A stretch of 64,000 bases of DNA, from assembly GCF_021028975.2 (NCBI RefSeq), contig NC_059431.1:56606001-56670000 (forward strand), read 5' to 3'. Under the pieces are notes generated by a model. It had not been told where the DNA came from. It searched no databases and was given only the letters and a program-made list of their open reading frames with translations. The stretch comes from Sphaerodactylus townsendi. Taxonomy: Eukaryota. Within the stretch, counting starts at the first letter, position 1. Each line of letters begins with the position of its first letter. Shown piece by piece: positions 1-12,300 of this stretch. A program made the translations under genes and the position numbers.

Positions 1-128
1 TATTATAAATTGAAACTGTTCAGCTATTTGTTTGGAAACCAAGATCTAAAACTAAAGGCATCATTCCACTCCCGGAAAAGCAAAGAAATGGTCTGCATCA
101 ACAAAATATGTAACTCTCATCTCCATCT

Positions 129-175
129 AGGAGACAATACATTCAGTGTATTCAAAGGAGACAATACATTCAGTG
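129..175. repeat. 20-bp direct repeat with a 7-bp spacer
   Basis: aggagacaatacattcagtg at 129-148 and 156-175. Confidence 0.9.
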
Positions 176-1483
176 AAGTCATACTAGCTGAGAAAGTAAT
201 CTAAAACTTAGATAAACAGTATAATTCCATGCCCAGGATTGTGAAATAAAAGACCCACACAGATGATAGTGTTTAATATTTGTTTAGAAAAGGGTCAAAA
301 TGCACCGTTAGCAAAAATAGATCTCTGCCAGAAATTCTCACCTTGAGGAGGGTCACTTGAAGATAGCAGTCCAGGTTTTCCTGCCAAAGCTGCTGTGGCC
401 TCTGCCAACGATCCTGCAGGAGGTATTATTTGGAAGTCCTTCACAACAACTGAGTTCTACCAGTAGTTTTTTCTTCAAACCTAAAGGTTACAACAGGCAA
501 TGTCTGGCCAACATCCACTGAATACTGAACATAATATTATACATATAAAGAAGGTTGGAATAAAATTAGGAAATTGTATAAATTAGGACATCTTAAATGC
601 AACAAGCACCATACAGAATATTACACAATGCAGATTTCAGTTACTTATGCAGTTATGACTTTCCCTAGCCGCTTAAAGCAATTTTAAAAACAATCCTCTA
701 GACAAGAGTTGTGTTGCATTTGGCTATCATAATTTATTTTTAGTGGTAGGGTGCTGATTTTAGGAAATTGCATTTAACTTGGAATTCTTGAAAACAGAAG
801 TACTAGCTAAATACAAGACTGCACCTACCATTGTAAATGTTTGAGTCTTGTCACAAACTCTCAGCCTAATCAAATTTCACATGTCATAAACTAGCTTAAG
901 ATTGGGCCAGCACAAGGGTTCCCAGTGTCATTGGTATGTCCTGTGGATTTATTCAGTAATGGGGCAAAATAGTGCTTGTGTGGTAGGCAAACAATGTAAT
1001 TAAAGAACTGTTTTCTTCTAGAATACTAGCTTTGTTATATTTATTAAATTAATGCACCAAGAACCTTTTGCCAGCCTAAGCCTGTGTTATACCAAATTTC
1101 ACCAAGAAAACTTGCAAAGGAGAAGCATTTTGTCTGTGAACCTCTCCACATTGCTTTCTGGAATCTTTAGATCAGATCAATACAATGATATGATGAAAGT
1201 AGTGTTTTGTTTAAGAGACCTTATTTAAAATCATAGTTCATGTATAGAAAACATTATACCTACAGGTGGTCACTGGAAAAATGATTAATTCCATTTACTC
1301 ACCAATTCAGACTTTTCAGTTGATTGCTTCCCTTTTTTGTGAAAACTCATATTTCACGTTGGATTACATAGCCATCTATTAAGTTTTTTCCATTTGATAG
1401 GTTTGTACCAGACACATGAAAATCTTACCGGCTCTCAGAATTTAAAATAAAATCCCTCCCAATCACATTTATATTGTAACCAT

Positions 1484-1526
1484 AAATGAGTACAAATAAA
1501 CCAAAAATGAGTACAAATAAACCAAA
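1484..1526. repeat. 21-bp tandem duplication
   Basis: aaatgagtacaaataaaccaa occurs twice. Confidence 0.9.
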
Positions 1527-2653
1527 ACCTTGTTGCTCCCCAATCCCTTAAATGCAGGATATAGCAAATGAATAATAAGTTTGTAATAACTAGCACTGAG
1601 TGAGCTTTTGCGTCATTTCTCTATCATGTTTCGAATGCACAGAACTGTACAATTCTATTGGATCTTCAGTGCTCCCTCTTGCAAAGGAGAAGAAAAGTAT
1701 CTCCTTCAAGCTGTGGGCAAACACGAATTTGAACCAAGGTCTCCCAGGTCAACAAGCTATAATCGCAGTGAATATTTGAGGAAGAAATCCGCTGCACCGC
1801 TAGGTGCACTGATGCAAGCTAACTGGCAGCACATTCTTTCATCAGCTTGTGGACTTACCTTGACTATATAAGCTTTTGCGAGGTCACCCACTGTCCCTTT
1901 CCTTTGTGCTTCACGGCATGCAGACAGGGTTCTGTTATGGCTTACAGTCAGTGGCAAGGGTGTGTGTGTGCGTGACGTGCTGGGTGTGCGCTGGTGCAGG
2001 GGCGCATGTGTGCCCTGGGTGCAGTCCCCCCTCGCTACAGCTCTGCTCACAGTTCTGTCAATGATTTGTATGGTCCCTAAGTAGCATAGGATCATCAATC
2101 TGTATTTAAAGGTGTTGATGAAGATCTCTGTTCCTGTCTATGCAACTGGGAAGAAAATAAGGCTGCATCAATAGGTAGGAGAAGAAAGAAACAAGCAGAA
2201 ATGTCTCTGGCTTCCACATTGTCCAAGGTTTCTGCTGGAGATTCTCTGACAAAAGTTATCATGAAACATGTTGGAATCTAAAAGGTCAAATAAATATCTC
2301 TTCCTTGCACCCTGTTCTCCACCCTCCCCTGTCGATGCAAGCAGGACTGTGCTCAAGATCATTATTCTCACTCTGAATGGACCTCTCACTTCTGGTCTTT
2401 GCACATTATGGTTGCCTTACCCCAGGGTAACATCACCACTTGGGAAATTGCACTGGTGAAAGTCCTTGCATCATCAAACCCTCCTTGCAGGCTGTGGTCC
2501 ACAGGATCTTACCATAAGCTGTGCTTTTGCAATACAAAGCCAATAATTATATTAATTACTGCTGCCTACTACTATTAAAACGTTCGACATCTTCTTCAGC
2601 AGTAATAAAGAAAGAAGAACCAGGAGACAAAATATAAGGTACAACAGTCTGCT

Positions 2654-2659
2654 TTTATT
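2654..2659 (-). terminator. Probable distal polyadenylation signal (AATAAA)
   Basis: tttatt on the + strand; on the minus strand it is followed by U/GU-rich sequence (ttttgtctcctggttcttctttcttt). Confidence 0.6.
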
Positions 2660-5027
2660 ACTTTATGTCACCAAGCTTTTTTTTCTTGCCTTGCCACCTT
2701 TTCTTTTTCTATTATTTAAATCTTTTTTCTTTTCTTTTTTGAAAAACCCAACATACATTAAATTGTGAATCAGATGTTAGGGGTGTGTGGAGATGAAGGG
2801 AAATTTGCTGACATCACAATATTGTACAACTTTACAACAAATGAGAGACTGAATTTCCTTTGTCTACCAGTGTATAGCAAGGGTGGAAAGCAAAGGCACA
2901 CGTAGGTCTAAGAACCTCTTTACATAAAGGGGTGAAAAGAGGTGGGTGGGAGGAAAAAGGGAAGAATTTGAACAGAAAACACACTCAAGAGTACAAAATG
3001 GGTATCTCAAGGTCAACCCAGTTGTTGGCGTGATGTATATTACAAAGACAGATCTCTGTACAAGGCTGCACTGATTATTCATTTCCACATTATGACAGAA
3101 TACTTTGTTCTGATGTAGCAAGGGGTACTGTGCCCTTTGGAACTCTAGGGGGTTGATCTTGGGAAGAAATAGCTGGGTTGATCTTTTACTTTTTTCCCTG
3201 ATGTATTCCCTGCTATCTGCAGCTTAGGAAGAAATTGGAACAAAACAAAAAACAAAACACCTCAGCAGATGCACTACTTTGATTTCAGGATGGCTTGTTC
3301 ATGTATGATAAATAAACCAGCTTAGCTAAGGGGCAGAGAGGACGAGGCAAGATTCCACCAAGCACCCTTGTTACAACCTTTGATTTTTTTTCTCTCCTGA
3401 TTTTTTTAACAGCTACCTATGTGCTACCCAGTTTAAAAACTTTCCTTCTCTTGATCATTCAAAAACAAAACACCTCTTCTCCCTCAGTCCAGCAAACAAA
3501 ATCCAAATGAAGTATACAAATTATTTTCATAAATTCAAACTGAAAGACTACTCTTCTCTCGCACATTCCGTCCACACAATATAAAAACACGCACACCTTT
3601 TTTTTGCTTCAGCATGTTGACACAGTTAAAGTAACATTAAAAAAATCTATGCTTGTGCATAAACAACTGAGAAAGTATCAAAACATACACGCACACACAC
3701 ACTCTGTGCACCCACATGCTCCCCCAATAAATGGAAACCAATGAAATGAAAACTGGATTTCCCCTGAAATTGTGTTACAGTAGCAGTTACTGAGAAACAG
3801 CAGGAAGCACTCTGCTATATACTATTTTCCATTTCATATGCAGTATATGTGCTACACTTTTATGCCTGAGTTTTTTTCTTGTCAGATGACAGCCAGTTAC
3901 ATGCAGTGCTCACCTCCAATGGACACCCTAGAATTCTTGCTGATTAGCAATAATTATATGAAAACTTTCAGGCAGAGAGAAACTCTTCCCACAATATAGT
4001 GTCTGTTCTGCCAATTTCGCCCAAGGGTGGTTTGAGAACCAAATTGGCACAACTAAAAAGTCAAAATGAAGCCATGCCTATTGCTACTGCCCTGTCTCCA
4101 CATGAGCCAGCATGTTATTACAGTAACCACAACATTCTTCTTTAAACTGCAGTCCTAAATCTTCAGGGGAGCAAGTGAGGATGGAGTTAAATAAATATCC
4201 AATTTAGTCTAAAGGGGGGATAAGGTTTTACATACTAGATCTCACAAGATACACAACTGAAGGTATAAGGCACAAATTTACATGTGGAAGAAAACAGGCT
4301 ATGCACAGATATAATCCACCAAAAACAAAACAAAATAAAAACTCGTGCAGTAAGACCATAATCTTTGCCTGGCTCGTGCCAGCATATGAATGAGTTCACG
4401 CTGTTTGTGGATTTCTGTTTGCCATCTCACATGCAAGGGTGAAATGAGATGGCAGAGAACAAGCTGGTGCCTTTACAGAAAGCATTAGATACTGACAAGA
4501 CCATGTTCACAGCACTGGGGCACATATTGCAGCTCTTAAGAGCTTTTTCCACAGTTAACTCTAGGAAGATAGGAAGTGGGGAGGAGATTTTGGTTTATTT
4601 GTTTGCTGCCTGACGCAGAGGCAGGAAAGCCAGCCAGCAAAATAAGCCTATAGTTAAATAAATATTCCCCTTTTTATTTCCACAAAAGAGATCAAGCAGT
4701 CCAAACACAAAAGTTCAGAATTCCAGCTCCAACTTATTTAACTCAGTAAATTTATTGGAAAAATAAAAAAAGAGTTTTAATTACTCCAGTTAATGGGTTC
4801 ACGTTAAATAGGCATAATTTCACCGTATTTTTCCTCCTTCTGGAGAGCTGCTCAGATGATATGCAAAAGTAATTTCTTTAAGAATAAAAAAAGACAAAAG
4901 GATGCACAATAAATAATAGGAGTTACTTGCGTTAACAGTCACATGTTACTCATTAAAAGAGAGGAGTAGCAGAAACCTATGAAATAGCTGTTACCCGACA
5001 TGGCAATCTGCTATAACAAAATGGCTG

Positions 5028-5069
5028 TAACACTGATGGGCATTTCACAGTACCTGCACATAGTAAACA
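5028..5069 (-). promoter_or_regulatory. Cluster of miRNA seed matches: miR-141/200a 8mer (5028-5035), miR-27 8mer (5044-5051), miR-30 7mer-m8 (5063-5069)
   Basis: The minus strand reads CAGTGTTA, ACTGTGAA and TGTTTAC at these positions. Confidence 0.6.
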
Positions 5070-5481
5070 TCTGCCATAGTTCTGTTAGAGTTAGCTTAAT
5101 TAATTAATTCCTTTTTTGCTGTTGCTTATTTCCCCCTCCCCAATGTTTTTTACTTTCAAAGCAGTCATTTCCCAGTTCCAGATGCTCCGTGCAGTTGAAA
5201 GTGAAGAATCACAGTCATCGTTCATGTGTGTGCTTTTGGCTCAATGTTTGTGGTTAGTCTTTTGAGTAAAAGAACAGTTGCATCATGGGGTGGGTCCTAC
5301 AGTTGCAAACTATGGATTGCATGGCCCAATTGTTAAAAAATATTCCACTTTCCCCAGAGAGCAATACATCCTCAACTTAGCAACAGTGTTTGTATCAGTT
5401 GAAACTAGCAACGTAGTTGCCAAATACTGGCTTTTTAAGGGCATACTCTGGTCGCTTATTGTCCCCCTCCTGCCACGGTGA

Positions 5482-6671
5482 TTATGTACATGCATCGTTA
5501 GGCTTCATGGACGTGGAAAGAGGGGAAAAGGAGGGTTTGGGTGGTACATCTGGTTTTAATGATGGTGTGCGTTTCAAACCTGATCTTGTCAGTGAGTTGT
5601 ATGTGGTGAGACTGGGCTGCCTTGATACAGTCACAGTCTGACCCTGAGCAGCATGGACTTGTATGGAGTCCACTCTTTGCGGGGCAGGGGGAGGATTGTC
5701 TCCCCTGCCAAAGCTCTGGTTTCTGGAAAGATGGGAGGAATTAGAAGAATTAGTATTATTTCTTTTGAGAGTCGATGTCTGATGATTTCTTGTGAGTGAG
5801 TTCGTAGGGTAGTTTCTTTTGTAGTCCACATTATAAGCAGAAGTATGCATTTCCAATCGTTTGCCCAAACCACTCTGAGACAGAGTTGAGCCAGGAGGAC
5901 CCAGGGAGGCTTCCCTCAGGGGTACTTTTGGTGGAATGCTATCCAGGTTTTCTACAAGATTCACCCCATGGTTGGGGCTCTTTCCACTGAGGTGCTCCTT
6001 TATGGTTTTGTACTCAAGTGTGGCATTTTGGTCCTCCATAGCCATCTGTGCTACCTCACTCATTTTGGGCTGATCAACATATTCATGCTGATAGCCTTGC
6101 TGAGAAATGGGAAGGACAACAACACTTGGGATATGGCTGGGTGAAGCTCTTAGTGGAAGGTCAGTGGGGATAACTGGTGATGCCATTGGGGGGATATCTT
6201 TTGTACAGGCATTGATGAGGTTCTGGTTTCTTTCCCAATCTCTGCTACCTCGGCTGGGCTTCCTTTTCTGTTGAAGAGTTGGGGTGGACTCTGGGGTTGG
6301 TAGTGCAGCCAGGTCTAGGTGATGTTGATCAGCTTTGATGAGCATCTTGGTAGTGCTACCTGGGGTAGAAAGTTTGCCATTGTGCATCAGGGGTGTGAGA
6401 ACAGCTTCAGGCTTTGGCTCTTTGGATTGAGTGTCCCCAAAGAGGCTGCTGAGTTTGGTGACACTGCTCATGGAGCCTTGTCGGGAATGGGTCAGTTCCT
6501 TCTCCTTTCTCTGCACAATGGTCACATCTCTGCGTCGATGGTCACATATGCAGTATACTATGATTCCTGAGAAGACAGCTCCCATGACAAAGGCAAGAAT
6601 GACTGCAATGGCCAGGAGGGTGACAGGCACCAGCTGATCATGACCTTTGAGATAACTCTCACGAATCACTC
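5482..6671 (-). CDS. SEMA6A: SEMA6A last coding exon: transmembrane helix plus proline-rich cytoplasmic tail, ending KPNDACT-stop
   Basis: Acceptor tttgtttcag|GA. ORF 5482..6741 from GVIRESYLKG onward; TM VPVTLLAIAVILAFVMGAVFSGIIVYCIC; motifs LPTPESTP and LKPDVPPKP; TAA at 5482-5484. Confidence 0.98.
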
Positions 6672-9600
6672 CTGAAACAAATATCACAAAGTGGTAAGCA
6701 AAACAGTACAGAGAAAATTGTCCTGCACAGAGATAACACATTCAGAAAATTGACCGCATGTACTTGAACTTCTCCATTCTGAAAAACAACTCAGTTTGAT
6801 TGTGAACATTTCAAAGGTATTTTCACATAACCACATGACCTTGGATTAGACCAAAACAGAATAATAATGACATGACTTAGTAAATTGGCTGCAATCCAGA
6901 GAACTACTAGAACATGCCTAGAGGGAATACTGACTCTCCTTCAAACAGGAGACCTTCCTGGAGTCATACCACAAGATTTTTAGAAATTCTCCTTAGTTTC
7001 AAAAGTCTGAACCTCCTGATACAAACCGAACAAGTTGTGTGCTTCCTTGGATTCTGGCTGTATTTTATAGTCATTGTTGCATGTCCTGTCCTTTACAACA
7101 AACAGGAACAGCTCCCTGCCCTCCTCCCTACCCATCAACCCAAGATTGAAGGCCTTTCACTATATACATTGTATTGGCGAATTTAGACCTCATTTTGAGC
7201 ACAGATTTGCAAGTATATAAATTCACATGTTCCAAGAAAACTGATATCTAATCTCTTCATTTATAAGAGAGCATGATTTCAGCATGAGTTACTAGTGTTT
7301 GGTTTTGATTTAAGCCTGTTCTTATTTTTTAGCACATGTCTTCTTTTATCCCTTCCTTAAATTTCTCCTATATGCACACATGATGTTTGTGGAAATGATG
7401 AACCAGCAAACAGATGTGATTAATGCCACAGGCGCAGTCTCCACTGCTCTTTCAGGAATAAGCAAGCCTTGCATGTGTGCAGAGGGCTTTCTATCTCAAC
7501 TTCCTCTCCAAACAGAAGTTCCCTATGCTGCGTTGTAAATAGGTTTTGAAGTGTGCCTGAGTTGAAATACAGTTTGTCATGCAGTATACATGGCTGCTGT
7601 TTGGGAAGGAAGTGGAGACGAAAACTTTCTCTACATATGGAAGTCATGTGTGTTCCTCAAACAGCAGTAGGGATCACATCAACGGCACCCACTGCCTCTC
7701 TGCCAGATCACCATTTCCAGTCAAAGACCCATCTCTTTTTAAAGCTTCCTACCAAAGTCTTTTCCCCCACTTCCTGGATCCAGATTTAAAAAGAGGTGCC
7801 ATGAGCACAATGAATGCACAGTGAATATTTTGTGCACAATGAGACAGAAGGATGATACTTCAACCTGAAGTGAGTTAAATGTCTTGCTTCTTTTAAAGAA
7901 CAAAAAACTCTTGCCCCAATGTCAAGTGTCTTTCACAGACACATTATTTAAAATGAAAAGGGGTAATGTGTGTGTGTGTGTGTCCAGTTCTTTTTAGACA
8001 GGCAACAGATGACTTCATTTTTAATGGTTTTTAATACTTCAGCAAAAATCCTCACTAAGCAAAATCCAGCAAATTCACAGTCTTGTTTTATTGCTAAAAC
8101 TGGTGTTAAGTGTTGCTTGTGTTTCTAGGAAATGCCCCCACTTCAGCTGGTCTTCTCTAGCACAATTATGGTGTCATTCTGAGTAGAGCTATATCCATCC
8201 AAATTTACTGGTTTAGGATTGTCCATCTCTATAAAGATGATTCAAATGTGCTTACTGACATTATGAACAACATTTGCAAAGAGACTACATTTCTACTTTT
8301 TAAAGCCATTTTACTGTTCAAATTCTGCATTCATGATCTGAATGGATAACAATAACAAGATCAAGAGACAAAGAACAAAGAGAACCACATATGAATATAT
8401 ATCTATGAAATGTATTCACCCTCAGCCATTCCTTGTATCTCATAACAGAAAGCTCTGTAGAATCTCAAGGTTTCCCCCTAATTTCAGCCCTCCATACCTC
8501 AGAGTACAATCCATTTTCCTGTACCCACAGGGCCTTTTTAGTATCTCCTCCCAAAGACTGAACATGGAATGCCTTTTTGCAAGAAAGGAAGATTTTCCTA
8601 CTTAGAGAAAAGGATAGAGAAGCTCTTGTTTGGATGGATTGCCGCATGTGCATTAGAATGTGCATCACAATTAGTAGCCCCAATCAATAGATTCTGAATA
8701 ATGCACAGATCTTTCACATTTGTCTTCCATTTAAAAATAGATGCTAAGCTAGCATTTCTAAAATTGGGTCTTGAGGCCTGCGGGGATCCATAAGAGAAGT
8801 CAAGGTTATCTGTGTATGCTGTATAAGGATAGAAAGCATGTCCTCTCATGCCCACCCAGCTAACACAATGACAGAGACCTCTCAGTTTTCTAGGAATTGA
8901 GACATAGCTTCTCATCTTCAAGAGAAGGTGCCAGAACAGGCTTTCTCCTCTTTTGAAGACTGTGAGCTTGTGGGGTTGCCACAAACTGCACTTACACAGA
9001 TTCCAGGTCACCTCATAGTACTACCTATAAAATGTGCCAATTCTTTGTTTGGATCCAGTAAATTAGCCTTAGCAATGTAAAGTGGCTCAGTACCAAGAAG
9101 GTACAGTCCCAATACAGCCATCTTAGCTCAGGTATAAACTTGAACGGTCTTCACTTTATTTTCCAGTGCAAATAGTTTCACTACAGAAAATAAACATCAA
9201 GCATCAACAGAAAATAAAAATGGTTAATTTCAACTGAACACTAAAAGGTTTCCCAGGTTCCTTCAGTTGGTTTCTTGCTAGAAATCATTAACCAATAAGG
9301 AAGTTTCTTGTTGTCTTCATCTCAAAATCTCTTTCAATCAAGGGGTGATGTTGATCAGAATATGGGTCAGGTCTTCTGAATGGCCTTTTGAGTTGTGGCC
9401 CTGTAGAATCAACTACACTCTGAAAGCTAACCTTGTAGATTGTATACAGGCAATACAAATGTTTTACTCACAGTTATTTTTAAAGTACAGTTGATATGAT
9501 TCTTACGGAAGTGTTTTGAGATCACTAGAGGATTAAGTCCTCAGTAGTGTATGTGGGGCTCAGTGTATATGGGGGGTTGTCTGTTGTAAGGTGAAGACTT

Positions 9601-10080
9601 GAGATGTTGGAAAAACCTGTGTCAGTCAGATTATTAAAGGTCAAGAACTGCTTCAGGAGGTCTTTTTGCACAGCCTGACAGAAAAAGATAAAAACTTGTC
9701 TGCTTTTCCGTTCAGCCTCCTTCATATTAACTGTTGTTCTATATAAGCCTAAAAAGGGATTTTGAATTACTTTTAAAGAAAAAAATTATTTCTAAAACAG
9801 GCCCATTCATTTTGTATTTCTTTTTAACAGCTCACCTTTAAATGTTGCACTGAAGTATCCAGTTTGGCTAAGGTGACTTCTGTTTGTAACTAGGCTTCTG
9901 TGAATGGATCCCTTTCTGGATTAAAGCCTGCATGCTCAGTGTAAATCACAGCTACAGCCAGGCACCTATGTTTATTTTTAGGTGGTGGTGGTAGTGGATA
10001 TTTCTAAAAAGGTATTGGCACTGCCAGACTGGATATTGGTACAGTCAAAATTGGTTGGTCTATACATGGCAATACATGGA

Positions 10081-10333
10081 CAGCCCAATCCTAGGTGATG
10101 ACCCAGATACATATTGGATTATTTCTCTTACATCATACCTTCACCTTTCCTAGTCACGCACAAAACTCCAATTAATACTTTAGCTGCTAGCGTAGTATTG
10201 AACTAGCATGGTGGAAGGGTGGCATAAGCCGGTACTCGGTGCTGAATGCCTTTAGCATGAATGCATAGGCCTCCATGTGAATGCTCAATAAAGCAGCAGT
10301 CCACTTTGTGTAATGCTTCCTAGACTGAGGCTG
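10081..10333. mobile_element. Old MITE with CAGCCCAATCCT-type termini
   Basis: cagcccaatcctagg ... cctagactgaggctg form degenerate inverted ends. Confidence 0.45.
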
Positions 10334-10898
10334 GGGTTTGCACAAGCAATGCCAAAATCAAGTGCTCACACAGAGGGTCAAATTCACCTTGGTTTCCATC
10401 TGTGAGATTGTGGGTCTGATGGCATGGTTCTAGAATGCTATTTCAGTGCTTAAATGAAAGTAAGCATGTAAAAAGCAGCACAGAATAAGATCTAAGAACA
10501 TCTGTGTTGCAGAAGGGATACAATAAGGCTAGTTGTGGTAAATACGAACATTTATGAATATATGGCTTATTCATTGACTAATTTGGATTCACATTTTGCA
10601 TATAAACTATCTCCAAGTGTTACTGAAACACACCTTCAGCTTCATGGAATGCTTAGATAAGCAGCTCTCTAGAAACAGTTTCCATGTGATAGAACTGCCA
10701 TCTTTTTATAAAATATAGTATGCATTTATAAATGGTATATTTGCATACATAGCAGGCAGTTTAGAATTTCTATAAGCTTCATTTTGAAACTACCGTTGGC
10801 TTTCCATGCAAAATATTGTACTGTGATATGTGCCATACAATTTCATATAAAGAATGTAAGGAAGGAGAATTTCTCTTTTTAGCATAAAGAACTGTATA

Positions 10899-12300
10899 CC
10901 GTATATACTCGAATATAAGTTGAATTTTTCAGCACTTTTTTTGTGCTGAAAAAGCCCCCCTCGACTTATATGCGAGTTAGGTGTATTTGAAAAAATATTT
11001 TTGGGTTTTTATTTTGTTGGTCTCCAGGGAGCGCAGTTTTTAGGCTAGCGGCACCAAAATTTCAGGGATTTTTCAAGAGACTCTCCTGATGATACCACCC
11101 AAGTTTGGTAAAGTTTGGTTCAGGGGATCCAAAGTTATGGACCCCCAAAGGGGGTGTCCCTATCCCCCATTGTTTCCAATGGGAGCTAATAGTAGATGGG
11201 GCTACATTTTGAGGGTCCATAACTTTGGACCCCTTGAACCAAACTTCACCAAACCTGGGTAGTATCATCAGGATAATCTCTTGCTGATACCAGCCAGGTT
11301 TGGTGATTTTTGGTTTAGGGGTCCAAAGCTATGGACCCCCAAAGGGGGTGCCCCATCCCCCATTGTTTCCAGTGGGAGCTAATACCCTGTTTCCCCTAAA
11401 ATAAGACCTATCCTGAAAATAAGCCCTAGCATGATTTTTTTGGGATTTTTGGAGGATGCTTGAAATATAAACACTACTCCAAAAATAAGCCCTAGTTACA
11501 GATTCCCCGGCGCAGCTGATCTGGTTACGACGGAGGTCAAAATCATGGAAAAAAAATAAGACACCCCCTGAAAATAAGCCCTAACTCATCTTTTGGAGTA
11601 AAAATTAATATAACATCCTGTTATATTGGGCTGCATTTTGAGGGTCCATAACTTTGGACCCCTTAAACCAAACATCACCAGACCTGGGTGGTATCATCAG
11701 GATACTCTCTTGCTGATACCATCCAGGTTTGGTGATGTTTGGTTTAGGGGGTCCAAAGTTATGGACTTCCAAAGGAGATGCCCCATCCCCCATTGTTTCC
11801 AATGGGAGCTAATAGTAAATGGGGCTACATTTTGAGGGTCCATGACTTTGGACCTCCTGAGCCAAACTTCACCAAACCTGGGTGGTATCATCAGGAGGGC
11901 CTCCTAAAGATACTCTGAAATGTTGGTACTGCTAACATAAACATTTCTCCCCTGACCAAAAATCCAGTTTTGAAGGATTTTAACTCTTGTGTTTTAGCTT
12001 GGTTGCTGGTTGAGCTAAGGTTCTTGTACTTTTAAAGTTATTGTTGAGACCATATTATTTTTGTTGACTTTCTTTTCCACTAACAGAGCTAGTTTACTGT
12101 TTTCCTTTGAAATAAATATTCAAAAACATTTAACCTACTGATGCCTCAATTAATGTAATTTTATTGGTATCTATTTTTATTTTTGAAATTTACCAGTAGC
12201 TGCTGCATTTCCCACCCTTGACTTATACGTGAGTCAATAAGTTTTCCCAGTTTTTTGTGGTAAAATTAGGTATCTCGACTTATATGCGGGCCAACTTATA
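10899..12300. mobile_element. Non-autonomous Tc1/mariner (Tc2/pogo-like) element carrying a palindromic repeat array; right end truncated
   Basis: TA followed by ccgtatatactcgaatataag at the left end. Repeated gacttata subterminal motifs at 10963 and 12220-12300. Confidence 0.7.
11385..11626. mobile_element. Tc1/mariner-type MITE nested in the palindromic array; right TIR deleted
   Basis: Begins TA|ccctgtttcccctaaaataagac with repeated aaaataag(a/c)c motifs; same terminus as the 15633-15857 element. Confidence 0.75.

Larger units (their letters stand above)
2635..5481 (-). other. SEMA6A: SEMA6A 3'UTR (~2.8 kb, distal end approximate)
   Basis: Stretch with no recognisable transposon after the stop codon, containing several conserved-family miRNA seed matches and ending at an AATAAA followed by a U-rich element. 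Confidence 0.7.

Noticed and set aside
6672-6741. N-terminal 23 aa (MCYLCAGQF...) of the 419-aa ORF as a real start
   Set aside because: It is intronic read-through upstream of the tttgtttcag acceptor; SEMA6A similarity starts at GVIRES.
8498-8557. 60-nt exon spliced directly after the 8602-8818 segment
   Set aside because: The implied intron would be only 44 nt, too short for typical vertebrate splicing.
9507-9674. Exon between the strong acceptor tttttctgtcag and donor TCC|gtaaga
   Set aside because: It contains stops in all three frames; at best a poison or non-coding exon, with no further support.
11050-11935. CRISPR-like repeat-spacer array
   Set aside because: The context is vertebrate, the 'spacers' are themselves repeated and inverted, and there are no cas genes.
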